A DNA stretch of 64,000 nt, taken from the NCBI RefSeq assembly GCF_002105155.1, contig NW_019029008.1, positions 310,001-374,000 of the forward strand, given 5' to 3'. Position 1 is the stretch's first letter. Each line of letters opens with the position of its first letter. The notes under the pieces were generated by a model. That model was not told the DNA's origin and ran no database searches. It saw nothing but the letters and a program-made list of their open reading frames with translations. Shown piece after piece: positions 13,291-26,385 of this stretch. The DNA comes from Lobosporangium transversale (taxonomy: Eukaryota). Both the position numbers and the translations under genes were made by a program.

Positions 13291-16200
13291 ATTGAGGTAG
13301 CTCTAGACCCACAATTAATAGTGAAGGAAAAAAATGTTTTTTTGTCCAAAGGTTGACCCGGTCGTAGTCCCCAGGTTGCTCAATGTTCAATGTCAACGTG
13401 CAATGATTGGTTAAAGATCGCAAGGGCGCGAAAAGAAAACATGCGAGAGGATTACTCAATATCCAGATACTTTTTTTTCATATACAGTCAATTAAACATA
13501 AACACTATTGTAAAGCACAGCATCTCCATTGATTGTGAGCCCTAGCATAGCACAAAGCTGTTTTCGGTTACTCTTGTGGTAAGAGGAAAAAAAATAAAAT
13601 AAAAGAAGAGGCATGTTCATCTCTGGTGAATGAATGTCCTTTCTCAATGAGAAGCGATCACAAACAGATTCGCAATGGACTGCATAAAACGAGCCCACAA
13701 CAAGCCCTGAAAATAAAGTAAAATAAATAAAATCATGTGTAATGTCAAAATAAATAAAACAAGCTCAAACTCAGAGTTGACAAAGGGCGAGCAAAATTTT
13801 CTCACCCTTTTTCTCCTCTGCCATCTTTTCGATTCATCCGTACTTGGTTCTTTCTTTTTAATTTTATGTTCAGTAGTCAGCTCCATGTAGCCCTCAGTTA
13901 ACGAGGTATATCAGAGTTATGAGTAAACTGAAAACTCTTCTGATATCTGTTGCCTACCAAGTTTCCTTTCAATAGCTTTTGATGGACGTGAGGTATGCAA
14001 GAGAGACAGAGTCGCTACTTGAATTCGCGTTTTATAGGTCCATGGCTGAGGAAAGGCGTACATGAAGTCTGTCATTCGCTTTGTTTTAAAAATAAATAAA
14101 AAAGTGGGGGTGTCGCAGTACTATAACTAAATAGCGCCGACTGTATGGATAAGCTGATTAATAAATGCCATAATACATATACATAATATATTTATGATTA
14201 ACAGCATTTGTCCGTCAGAGACGGGACTGACCACCAATTATACGCAGCTGTACGAAAGGCAGCTTTTCTCTTGGTCGCTTCTTCCCCGCATCCCTCCAAT
14301 GATCTAGTCTAGAACAGCCCTCATCTGTAATCTTGATAAATATATATACCCTTTTTTATCTTGATAGAGAATATCGTTCATCCACAGAATATTAAAAATT
14401 AACCGTTTCAAAAATATTAAATGAAATTCAGTGCATTGTTCATTTTAAACGTCAACACTTCCTCTACATGGCTGCATTGACCCCTAAAAAAAAATTATGA
14501 ACGGTCATCAGTCAAGAGGCAGAGGGGCCAAGAGGCTTATGAGCGAGATAATTAAATGACTTTCATAATAATTTATTAGGATGATGGCCCATTTTACTTT
14601 ATTTCTCATCCAGTTCTTCATTCCTACTCTCGTTGATCTCGTTGAGCGACCAAATATTGATTGATTATTATGATCACTAACATTGTTGCCGCTACTGCTA
14701 CTATTTATTACTGAACGATAAATACTGAATATCTTTTTCTTTTTTTTTCTTTTTTTTTTTTTTTTAAAGAAAAAAGCAAGGACTTTAGTATTCTTCAAAG
14801 AGCCAAACTTTACCTTAAGACGAACTTTTTAAAAGTTTCCCTTGCATGCATACTCGTTTATAACTTGGACATTGAAATACTGCAATTCATTAAGAAGTGC
14901 TCTATTCAATCGAAAGCACATGCGTTCATATTCCGAAGATAAACAAAGAGCTCTAGCTCCAGTTCATGTCATTGAGTCTTTTTTTTTTTTTTTTTTTTTT
15001 GCCTTTTCTTGGCCATTTCATATCAGAGTCGAGAAGAGATGATTCTATTGTTAAAGTAACGAGGCCTATAATTTACTGTAATGACACAAGACAAAGAAAA
15101 TGAGTCGAGAAAAGCTTTAGTCCTTTGTGATGAGATTAACAAGCGAGGATGAAGAAAAACAACGATATTGGAATGTCTTAAAAGTTTACCTCTCACCATG
15201 ACGGATCATTCTTCAACTATTCCCGATCGCATTGCGTGGAGCTTAGGCTTTGTATGTCATGATATCGAAGGGGAGCAAACAGAGTAGACATAACATATGG
15301 TCGGAGGATCTTAAGATGTTGCCCATGTCATCTGTTGCGATATCTATTATTCAGTTGAAGACGAAAGAAGGGAAATGAAGTCTAAAAGGCTTCATTCAAA
15401 TGAACATGTTAAAACACATAATTGACAGTGAAGATGCGAAAGCTTGAGACTCAACCTCGGTAGCAGTCAACCAATCCTCATTCAACAAGGACAAGTCAAC
15501 TTAGCTTGGCCAATCCTGTTTAGAGAATTTTATTCAGCGTTTTTTTTAACCGTTTTTTCCCTCTTTCGTTTCTTCCTTCCCTTTCTTTCTTCTCTCTTCT
15601 CTCTTCTCTCCTCTTCTTATTTCATTGTTTCTGTTCCTGTTCCTCTTTGCTTCCTCTAATAGCTTGGACCATCCTTTCCCGTCTTTTTAATTTTTTTTTT
15701 TTAAATTTTTTATTTCCTTTTCCCTTTTTTTTCCTTTTTAACCTTCTCTCTTTATTCATTTTATTTCTATTGTCGTTGCTCTGAGCTTGTGGAGGCATTA
15801 TATATTTTGTATTCAATTCAATTCAATTCAATGTTCACATAAACCTGGATCAAGTGTTTTTTTTTTCCTCTTCTTTTAACCTTTACAACTTGCTCACTGA
15901 CACATTGTGCCGTTGTGAGGGTTTGTTCGGTTTGATCCCTTTTTTGTTCATTCATTCATTTGTTCATTCTCTCATTCGCTCATTTCATAGTCTTGACTCC
16001 TGTAACGGTTGTTCTTTTTATACTTTCTATTCAATCCAATTCAATAATTTTCAACGGTTCTTTTTATTTTATTTTATTTTTTTATTTTACTACCTGTCTG
16101 TTGTCTTTCTCCCCTATCACCCATCTCCCTGAACTATTAGAGCTGCATTGTAGTTGGAGCAGAAATGTTCAAACTGATCTAGGTCTCAATATTTCTTTTT

Positions 16201-16357
16201 TCCTTTTGCAAATGCATTGGTGGCTCTCCTTGAACCCACGAATACATTTGATCACTCCCATTGCAACCGTTAAAGTTTTTTTTTTCTTTTTTTCTTTTTT
16301 TCCTTCCTCACGCTCCTCTTTCCCTCTTCCTCTTCCCCTTCCCCTCCCTCCCACGCT

Positions 16358-19300
16358 ATGGAACACAGCCAGAATACATTGTACCCGTTCCATATTCAGA
16401 GCAGCAATAACAGCTCCAATAGCAGTAACGGAATAGGCAATAATAGCGCCACACTGAACAACGGCAATACCAGTGTTCATCATCATCCTTATCACAGCAC
16501 CCCTACCCACCAACACCACGAATTCCAGCAGGAGCTGCTCTCTCCAACACATCCGCACCCACAACAGCAACAACAACAGCCGTTTCATGGTCAGCATCAT
16601 CTCCATACGCCACAGCATGATAATAACAATAGCTTTCATGGGTCCCATCCCGATCTGCAAAAGACGATCCCACATCAAATGGAAATTTATCAACAACCTC
16701 AACCTCCACCTCAGGGTCACGAGTTAGTGGACCCACTCTTGAACCGACATTTGAATACTCAGGCGAACACTCTCCAATCCTCGCACCATCACCAACACCA
16801 TCATTATCAACCGCCGCATACCTCACAAGCACCACCATACTATTATCAACAGCAGCAACAACAACCGCCACCACCACAACACAAACAATACCCTGATCAG
16901 CATCCTGATCCTAATACACCAGTCTCAATAGCAAGCTCTGCTCTAAACTCTGGCTCAGCTGCGTCTACACCTTCCCTATCATCACCAGCCTCGGCTCTAC
17001 CTTACCAGAATAGCGATTACGCCTACATCAGCAACAACCCAGCTTTGCCTCATCTCCAGAAGCACACATCACCAACAGCCTCTTTCCATGTCCCCACTGC
17101 GCCAACTGCGCCAACGACGCCTTCTAGTGGACCACGTCTTGGCTCACCATCGTCGGCACAGAATCTCGGCACAGGCCTACCGCTAGCTATGGCTCCATGG
17201 ACCACCTCCAATGGTAAGATGTTGTCAAGCCAATATCTTTGAAAGCAACAGTGCGACTGTACATGTCAGGGGAGTTTGTAGATCGCGCTACAATTTTTAG
17301 ATCCGTCCTTGACAAAATGTGGTCAATGACAGGGATGTGGTTGAGAAAGTGTGCTGTATCTCTCGCTTTTCTTCAAACGAGTCCAAGTTGTGCTTTCTTT
17401 TCGTTTCTTTCCTTCCTTCCTTCCTTCTTTCTTTTTTTTTTCTTTTTTTTTTTTTTTTTTTTTATAAACATAAAAATTAATTCCTTTTTATTGCTGTTAT
17501 TTGTCTCTTCTTTTTTCTTCCGCCTTACTCTATAGCCTCATCAAGTGAGCAGGATATGCAGCCAAGACAACATCTTCAACAACAGAGCCATGCTGCTCCA
17601 CCTCCATCTCATCCTCACCCTCAGCAACAAGCACAACAACAATATTCCCAGTCTGCACGCGAGCTTGCTCACCTGAGTTCGTTTAAAGGGGATCGCTCGT
17701 CATATCATCAGGTATCGCAGCCACAACAAGCCTCAACGCATCTGTACAGGTAAGCAAAAAAAAAAAAAAAAAAAAAAAAAAAGAAGCTCCAGCGGCCTGC
17801 GTCACCTTGTTTACAGAAGATCTCAGCAATGAAGCACTTCTGTCTGAGTTTTTATGTGTAATAAATAACATGTGGAATCATTTTTGCGATTTTGCATGTA
17901 ATTTTTGGAATAGTCCGCAAATTCAAGATCAACAACAGCAACATCATTCGCAACAACATCATGCGCAAATGTGGATTGGCGACATGTCTTCAGAGTCGTT
18001 CCATTCTCCACCAGAGTTTCTAGGTAAGCAAGCAGTTATGTTTGATTTGTGTGGGTGAAGTACAGTTTATGAACATTAAACAAAGTTCAACCATGGAGCA
18101 TCGGGCATTGTTCTGCCAACTCTTTTCTATTTTGAAGAGTCTACGCTTATGCCAATATGCTTTTTTTGTTTTATTTGATTTGTCTGTGATTTGTTTGTTT
18201 GTTTGCTTGGACTTTCTTTTACTTTTTTACGTTTCAAACTTCATTTATAATTATTTGGATACTTTGGTCGTACAAAACATAATAAGCGGGGTAGGAACGC
18301 TTTATAAGGGTTACCAGCATAAGGGCAGAGACATCAATGAAGAGGGGAATCAGCTCATATATTTATTGTATGTATTTTATTGTATGTATTTTATTGCATT
18401 TTATTATATCGCATTACATTGCATTTGATTATATTTTATATTATGTTAATAATGTTAACACCGCTTTATTCATTCATTAATCGCTTGGCTCATTGTGGGT
18501 TTCATTTTCGTTCACCATCTAAAGCCTAGAATAATTTATGGGTAAAGGATTAAGGATGAAAGAATAATCTTTCCATGCACCTTATTGAAAGGGGGTGTTC
18601 GCGATTCATTAGTTCATGCGTTCACAAAAAAAGACGCGAAAGAGTTTTTGATTGGACCAAACATTGTACGACATTCGGAAGGGCATATATTATATATAAT
18701 TTTGGATACAGAACAAAAAAAAAAAAAGCAGGAGTGACAAGGATCTCGCTGTTCGCATGATCTTATTCGGGTGATAGACAACAAGTCTAACAGCAGCGAA
18801 GAAGGGAAATGGATGGTGATAATCATGGGGACGATGAATGTAACACTTATTATACTTCTCCGCATTCATGCGGTCGTTTTTTTTTTTTTTTTTTTTTTTT
18901 TTGTACGTTGTATATTTGATCACGCGTACGCGGCTTGATCCCAATTATTATAAACTTTTTGTGTTTTCTCTCTTCGGCGAGATATGCAAACCGGTGACTT
19001 GTTAAAATCGAGAGTTTAAGCGAAGATAAAGAGGGAGAAAAAAAAGTTCAACGGAAATCAGAGAGCTGGTGTTTTTTTTTATTTTTTTTATTTTTTTATT
19101 TTTATTTTATTTTAAATCCCTCAACAAAACCCTGATTACCAGAAGCGCCAAAAATTAATAGAGCAATTCGGCTTACTCTAATTTCATTGCATGATTAATC
19201 TAGAACAATCTGATCGACAGCCTCACAAACAGCCTCGACCATTCGGTGCGCCTGACAGCGCCGATCATCCCGTTCATAATCCTCCATACACTACGACCGG

Positions 19301-20902
19301 TAATTATATGAATAGCCATAATGCCCCTGGACATGAACGACCAGTAAGTAACAGACTTTTATGTAGTATAGAGAGAAAGCAGCATAAGAAACAATTAGGA
19401 AAAAAGGCAGTCTTGTGGATAACTAATAACATTTTCGTGATATTCTTTTCAACATTAATCAGAGAGTACAATCTGGAAGACACCACGCTCTAGATCGCAA
19501 TATCCTCGATTATTCTGAGAGCTACAACCCTCACGGACAGGAGCCACCACTAGTGACTCATCATACAGGAATGGCGTTCTTGGATGATATGTCGCTACTC
19601 TCTCCATCACACCCTTCCCAAACCATACAACCAGATCCTCAGGGGCAGTCCTTTCATCCTATGTTATTAAATACGGGAACTAGTAAAAATAGAATCTCAG
19701 GGTCATTAGACTCAGTCCCTATGGGATTGGCATCTCCAGCAATCATTCCTCATCCTGATTATGGTGCTGTTGCGTCCTACGTTCATACTCCTACAGCTTT
19801 CGTTTCAAAGGGTCGCTCATCTGGCAGCGGAGGGGGGGGCGACGCTCTACCTTCCCGACCGCTTCCACAACGTACTCAATCTGCTGGTGGGCGTATCACA
19901 TCAACGCCAAAGCTTCATCGGACTCGGACAGGCTCTGCCATTTCTTCATCCTCCTCTCTTGGCTCTAGTGCTGTTGTGCCACCGACCACATCTGCCTTGG
20001 GTATTGCCAACAGTTCTTTTGCAAGCTCATCATCTGTGATTAGTACTGCTGCAGGTAACCCTCCCAACACAGGTGCGACCACGGCTATTGGAACAGGATC
20101 CGGAGTCGACATGGATGAAGGAATATCTGTATCTCCTTCGTCCTCGTTTTCGTCTTCAGCATCGAAACCACGACCAAACAATCATCCTCGCAAAGCTGTT
20201 GCCGCAAGGGTATATGAGTGCACGTTTCCTGGATGTAACAAAGCTTATACACAGCTACACAACTTAAAGTCACATGAACGCACAGGACATACCCCTGTCC
20301 AGAAACCCAAACCCTTCCTCTGCATAATCTCTGGCTGCACTAAGGCCTTTTCACAGCGAAAAAGTCTGGCGCTTCACATCCGAGCTTCACACAAAGAATA
20401 TAAATTCAAACCTTTCAAATGTGCGCAACCTGGATGCCAAAAATCTTACACACAGCTACATAATCTCAGGACTCACGAAAAGACCGTGCATATGTTGGAT
20501 CTTTCGAAAAAGAGGATTCGAAATCCCGCTCCAAACACAGAGAGCACTGAGGAGAATATGATCGGAGTACATGAGGACGATGAAGCCAGTGACAACGATA
20601 AAAATAAAAAGAGCAGCAACATTAACAACGACAAAAACATCAACAACGCAACTATTGATCATGTTCATCAGGATGAAGTCGTCGCTACTTCGAATTCAGA
20701 GGGCCATTCAATTTCAAACTTTTCGAGCAGAGGTTATAACTGTAATAGCAGTAACAAAGGATCTTTTGAACAGAGAATGGAGTTAAACTATAGGAATATA
20801 AATGAGCTCGGTGGTTACGGCGCACGCCGAGAAGCCGAGGGAACCTATGAAGATGAGGGACATGAAGGAAATATTAAAAATGGAGGCTATGTAAATGATT
20901 AG
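16358..20902 (+). CDS. C2H2 zinc-finger transcription factor (3 fingers) with Q/H/P-rich N-terminus; exons 16358-17213, 17536-17749, 17914-18023, 19204-19343, 19463-20902
   Basis: Fingers CTFPGCNKAYTQLHNLKSHERTGH, CIISGCTKAFSQRKSLALHIRASH and CAQPGCQKSYTQLHNLRTHEKTVH. GTAAG donors and YAG acceptors link the exons. Confidence 0.85.
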
Positions 20903-21455
20903 GTTAAAATCTCTCATCTCATACAAGGACACATTTGCTGCTGAACACAACGCATAATACACAACATGACACACAACACACATTCAGGGAGAAAAGCAAA
21001 AATGTACAAATACTGACGTGTGCAAAAATTAGTTACGCCCACGCTATTTTTTCCTCCCTTCTTCCTTTGAGAGAATTGTAAAATAAATAGTATAGCAATC
21101 ACATATTCATAAAAGTTATATTGCTGTGCCCTCCTCAAATGCATCAGAGCAACGCACAACCCTCTTTCGAGTGCACGTTTGCGCGCCACGAACTATAAAA
21201 AAACAACGCGCTTTCCAAAGTGGGCCGACCATGCTCGCAATTGCTGCGCCGAGACTTTCGGGTTTGATCTGGCAGTCACGTTATTCATGACTGAACAGGC
21301 ACGACATTGCTCTCCATGTGATGTGCATCATCTTTATTAACACAAGGTCTCATATACATGCAGCAATATTACATCTAATCACCGTACGACATTTAACATT
21401 TTAAAATAACATCAATCCATCGAGGCGATCATCATCAAGGCCTAAATATACCAGA

Positions 21456-22305
21456 ATGGGTTCCATTGTCAAAGATATTCAGGAGATTGAAAGTACGGCA
21501 AAAGATTTTTTTTTTTTTTTTTTTTTTTTAAATATAAATCTTCTTGGCGGCTAAGCATTCTAACACGATGGTATCAATATACCAGCATGTTTGCAATAAC
21601 ATTTCGTGATAATCTGTCCAACTTTTTCATTGATTATTTGAAAAACTCTGATTATTGACTCCTTGTTGCTTTATTATTATTATTATTATTATTATTCACA
21701 AAGTTCTTCGTCATTACCATCTGGACAAGACAAATCCGGACGTTTGGGTTGATGAAGAAGATTTGCCTTCCTGGGTTCATGATGATGATATCAATACTGA
21801 TCATGGTGGACGAACGACCCCTAGGGAGCCAACTCGAAGTGGAAGAGGGGGAGGAGCAACAGGAGGTCCATCTTCACAGGATGATGAGACATTTACTCTT
21901 TCAGAGCAGGTCGATCTTTTAGGGTTAATCAAAGGAAATATCTTGAAGTCTAAGAACGTACGAGGAGATAGTAAGTTGAGATCAAAGGCGAGTTTTGAGT
22001 GTTTGGTTTATTCATACATACACATTTGTATATAGTATTATGATGTTTACAAAACGATTTTTTTTCTTAACTATTTTTAATAGCTAATCTCATTTCTTCC
22101 ACACAAAAGAGTTTTAATCCACAACGATATCTTTATGCAGTGCATGCAGATACCTCTTATGATGACCTTTGTGTGGGTGTTGATAATCTTCAGGCTTCAA
22201 TTGCTCAAAGATCCTCTGCTCTGAAGGTCTTGGTACAAAATAATTTTAATCGCTTCGTAAGCGCCAAGAATGTGATTGATTGTAATGTTCAGTATTTTTG
22301 TTGAC

Positions 22306-22351
<46 letters not shown>

Positions 22352-22614
22352 TTGGAATGATTCCTTCAGTTGGGAAAAATAATATTCTATGTAGCGTTGA
22401 CTCTCTTCCTTTCTACATATATATATATCTATCTGTATTTTTTAACTCTTAGCTGTTTATGATGACATGAAGGAAAAGACTCTTAATGAAGCCCAGGATT
22501 GGGGTACCAACCGTCTAAATAATATCCTTCGAGGTAAAAAAAAAAAAAGCTTCTATTTCTCGTTCCTGTTAAATGTTTTATATCAATATATTACTTTAAG
22601 CTCACATTCTACAA

Positions 22615-22645
<31 letters not shown>

Positions 22646-23122
22646 GCTTCTACACCTTGAAACCCCATGATGCATATCGTCAGAGTCATATGGAAAGGCG
22701 CATGAAGTAATCAATCCTCTTTTAGAACGCCGCGAGAAAATCGAAAAGTTGCGCTCAACAGTTGGACTTATGGAGCCTTATCGACTCTTCTTCAACTTGC
22801 CCAATACACTTCAAGAGAGTATCAAACAAGGAAAGTATCAACAAGCAGCTCGCGACTATAATAAAGGCAAAGTGTTATTAGCGCAGGCTTTCCCTACCAA
22901 CACTGGGGCAACAACAGCACCATCGACCTTGAGCAGCGATAATGCATCGACCCATTCACATTCATCAACATCTAATCTGATTGAGACGAAACGAAGGGTG
23001 TTTGATAGAGTTTGGTCCGAGGTTGAAAGGATTGTGGCCAAGCTGAGAGCGGATTTGGAATCACAGCTAGAAGAACCCTGGCGTGGAATGGAAGAACATG
23101 AGCGCAATATCAGGTTAGTTTT

Positions 23123-23158
<36 letters not shown>

Positions 23159-23338
23159 TAAACTTTTATTTTTTCAAGTAAAAATGTAACTTTCCTCCCC
23201 TCCTTTTTTTTAGACTTTTATTTGAATTGGACACCACAAAAGATCCTGTATGGCATTGTTTATCCAGTCAATTTCGTTGGATTAAAAAGATTATGGTGGA
23301 ATCGTATGATGAACAGACAATTATTGTCGAAGGTAATG

Positions 23339-23374
<36 letters not shown>

Positions 23375-25636
23375 TATGTCAATGCTTTTGGTGTTTAATG
23401 GTTGACTTTCAATCTTTATTTTACAAATTTCATAGAGCTCCGTAAGAGTGATGAATATCTACAAAGTCAAAATATGACTGTGAGTGGCCGTACGGCTCTC
23501 TTCAAGCAGATATTGGCAAATGTAAATTCTACAGAATTCGAAAGCATGTTTGGTAATACTTCGGATTGGATATGATTGTTTAGAACATACTCTGTTAGAT
23601 CAGCCTATATTAGTAGTTGGATTATGGTTAACAGTGATTTCCGTGTCTATTTTCCCTCCTTCTGCTCAACATACAGCCAAGGAACCTGAGGTCAAGATTT
23701 GGCTTGCAATATCAACAGGTGTCAAGACCCTTTCTGAGCTCTTGATGCGACTTTTGCCAGATTTCTGGAAGCTGGCAACCACTTTCATGGAAGACAAGCT
23801 TCAGAAAGTTCAACCTCAGAAACGACGCACGGGCGGGAATACTGTTGATACTCAGAAGGTTGCACAGTGTCATGGGATGGTGAGGGAGATTATTGAGCTT
23901 TATTCATCGCAAATGACCTCAATGCTGATCGACAACCTGATTCCAGAGCCACAGCCCCTTCCTAATGATGAAAAGAATCATGGTCAACAAGGTGAAGGAG
24001 AGGAACGAGATCAAGCTCAACGTATATCGCGCAAGGAAAATTCTGTGGTGACAGCATTTTTCTTGAGCAAAATGGTGACTGAAGTCAGTAACTGTGTTAA
24101 TGATGTGAATGGCCTGAGCATACGTGGAGGCGCCTTCATGGTCTTGGTAGACTTGATGCAGCGTGTTCGTTGGAAATTTGTAGAGGTCCTCTGCGAGCTC
24201 TGGGGCGAAGGTAAAATTTTCTACTTTTGCTGTTGCTCGTTCGGAAGAGTGGTCATGTATTGTTCGAATATGCTTTTCATCTCTTTTGCTTTTTATTAAA
24301 AATTTTTACTAGATGCCAAGGTCTTTTATAAGCACGAGGATTGGACCCTTCAGTCTGAGAACTCACAGATTACATTGTTTGTGGAGCTGTTTTATCAATT
24401 CCATGAATATTGTCTTCGCTCTGCTTACAAGTATGCCAGCATCTGGACTGCCACGACAGAGGATCCTGTTCAACATGACGATGGCAATGCCGTAGTCCCC
24501 ACTCAATACACAGAAAAAATCCGACAGATGTTTTTAGATGCGTTATATTCATTCCTGGATGGACTTGTCCATTTAGCATTTGCTGATGCAGAAAGATCAA
24601 ACCAACAACAAAAACAGCAGCAGCAGCAGCAGCAGCAGCATAGTGAATATGATCTTAGTGGTCCTGGTGCAGCATCCTTTGAGAATTTGGCTGGCGGAAA
24701 GAAATCCAAACTTATTGACATCACCGAACTCGACCCACGAATCTTGATCACAATCAGCAATTTGAGTGAACTTCGGGCAGTGACCATTCCCAAACTGTTG
24801 GCTGATTTTGAGAGGACTTGCGATATTAGAATGATGGATGATGGAAAGGTAAAAAAAAAAAAAAAGCATTAACGGTACTAGCGGTATCAATTCGAATTAT
24901 TGTTTATCTACTTGATATGAGTTTTTTTTTTTTTTTTTTTTTTTTTTCTTAAAAAAAAAAAAGATTGGAAAGCCATTGACACAATTTTTTTTTGTATATA
25001 AGACATTGATTGAGGTGGTAGATCAATTGGATAGTATCTTGTTTGAGGACTACATCAAGCGCAAGGCCGTGGTAGCAAGCCGAGTAATCACAGATGGTAT
25101 TTTGTACGGGGGTATTGATTGGCAGTCTACTCCAAAGCCTACTGGTAATGTGTTTATTTGCAAAGCTTTTTGATTTATTACCACAAAAAAAGCTTCTTTT
25201 AATTTTTTCTTTTCTTTTCTTTTTTTTTTTGTGCTACACAGGCGTACATTCGTTCATGTATGAAGCACTGCTCTCGCTTGTGGTGGTGCATGCTCAGATC
25301 AGCGAGATCGCGCCTCCACTTGTGTTCCGTGCACTGTCTGCATTGTTAATCAACATGGCTCAGGATTGTCTACGGTGTTTCCAGCAGGTGGAGCAGTTTG
25401 GAATGGGAGGAATGCTGCAAGCAACGCTGGAGATGGAGTTTATGAACCATACATTATCTCAATACCAGAGTCCATCTTCGGATGAAGTTCTGCAAATGAT
25501 TTATGATACCATTGACCGAGCCTATAGGCCAGAAGGTGAAAACCTACAGAATGAAATGACGGCACTCAAGAAGCTGCTGGCGGATGCTCGGCAGTCGACT
25601 CAGATGCAGTTTATGTGTTTTAAGAAACCAAGGTGA
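21456..25636 (+). CDS. SEC5: Exocyst complex component Sec5 (EXOC2), multi-exon
   Basis: FNPQRYLYAVHADTSYDDL..LKVLVQNNFNRFVSAKNVID, LLERREKIEKLRST, FFNLPNTLQESIK, DPVW, LLITISN-like, and the C-terminal GMGGMLQATLEMEFMNHTL..QFMCF. Confidence 0.9.
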
Positions 25637-26385
25637 ACAGATTTAATCAAACCGCAAGTTCAAAATGTAGTAGAGGGAGAAGGAGAAGGAGAAGGAGATA
25701 AATAATAATAATAATAGTAAAAATTGAACGTATTGTACAATTAAGAAAGTGAAGGAGAAGGGAGTGAGGAAGAAGATGTCAATCACGGATTCAGCGGTTG
25801 ATGTTAGAGATTGTTAGAGATCAATCAAAGCATCAAAGCTTGTTATTTTTGTACTGTTCAATGTAGTTAATGTAGTTGTGGACAAGTGGACATGAGGTGT
25901 GGATATTCTGAACATGTACACAATTTTGTGTACATGTCAGGATGATTAAATGAGAAAATAGAATAAAGAGTATAAATAGATTCAAGGAATCCAGGGCCAG
26001 GGCTTCATAATTGGGTCAGGCCAACTCGCTCTATCTTATTTTAAATCGTTTAATGAAAACACAAATTCAAGATACTTATTTTTATTTGAAGAATGAAGTA
26101 TACATGCAATAAATTTTTATTTGTTCGTTATACCATCTTGTTCCATCATCTTTCTTTTCTTTTTTTTATGCCGCTAATGTCTTTTCTTCGGCCCTCATCT
26201 GCATCTTGATCTACTCATTTGTCCTTTGCCTTTCTTGTTATTTATTATTATTATTTTATTATCATTATTGTATTAGTATTATCATTCTATACCCTTTTGT
26301 TTTCCTACTCTTCTCCTCTCTCTTACGCAAAATACGCACAAACCTTTTTCACAGGCGATAAAAAAAAACAGTAACCATTCACCCC

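Noticed and set aside
7412..16357. Many short ORFs rich in poly-K or poly-F
   Set aside because: Artefacts of poly(A/T) tracts, with no recognisable domains.
21971..22083. Possible GC-AG intron in SEC5 (AAG|GCGAGT)
   Set aside because: Its phase does not fit the acceptor; the canonical GTAAGT donor at 21971 does.
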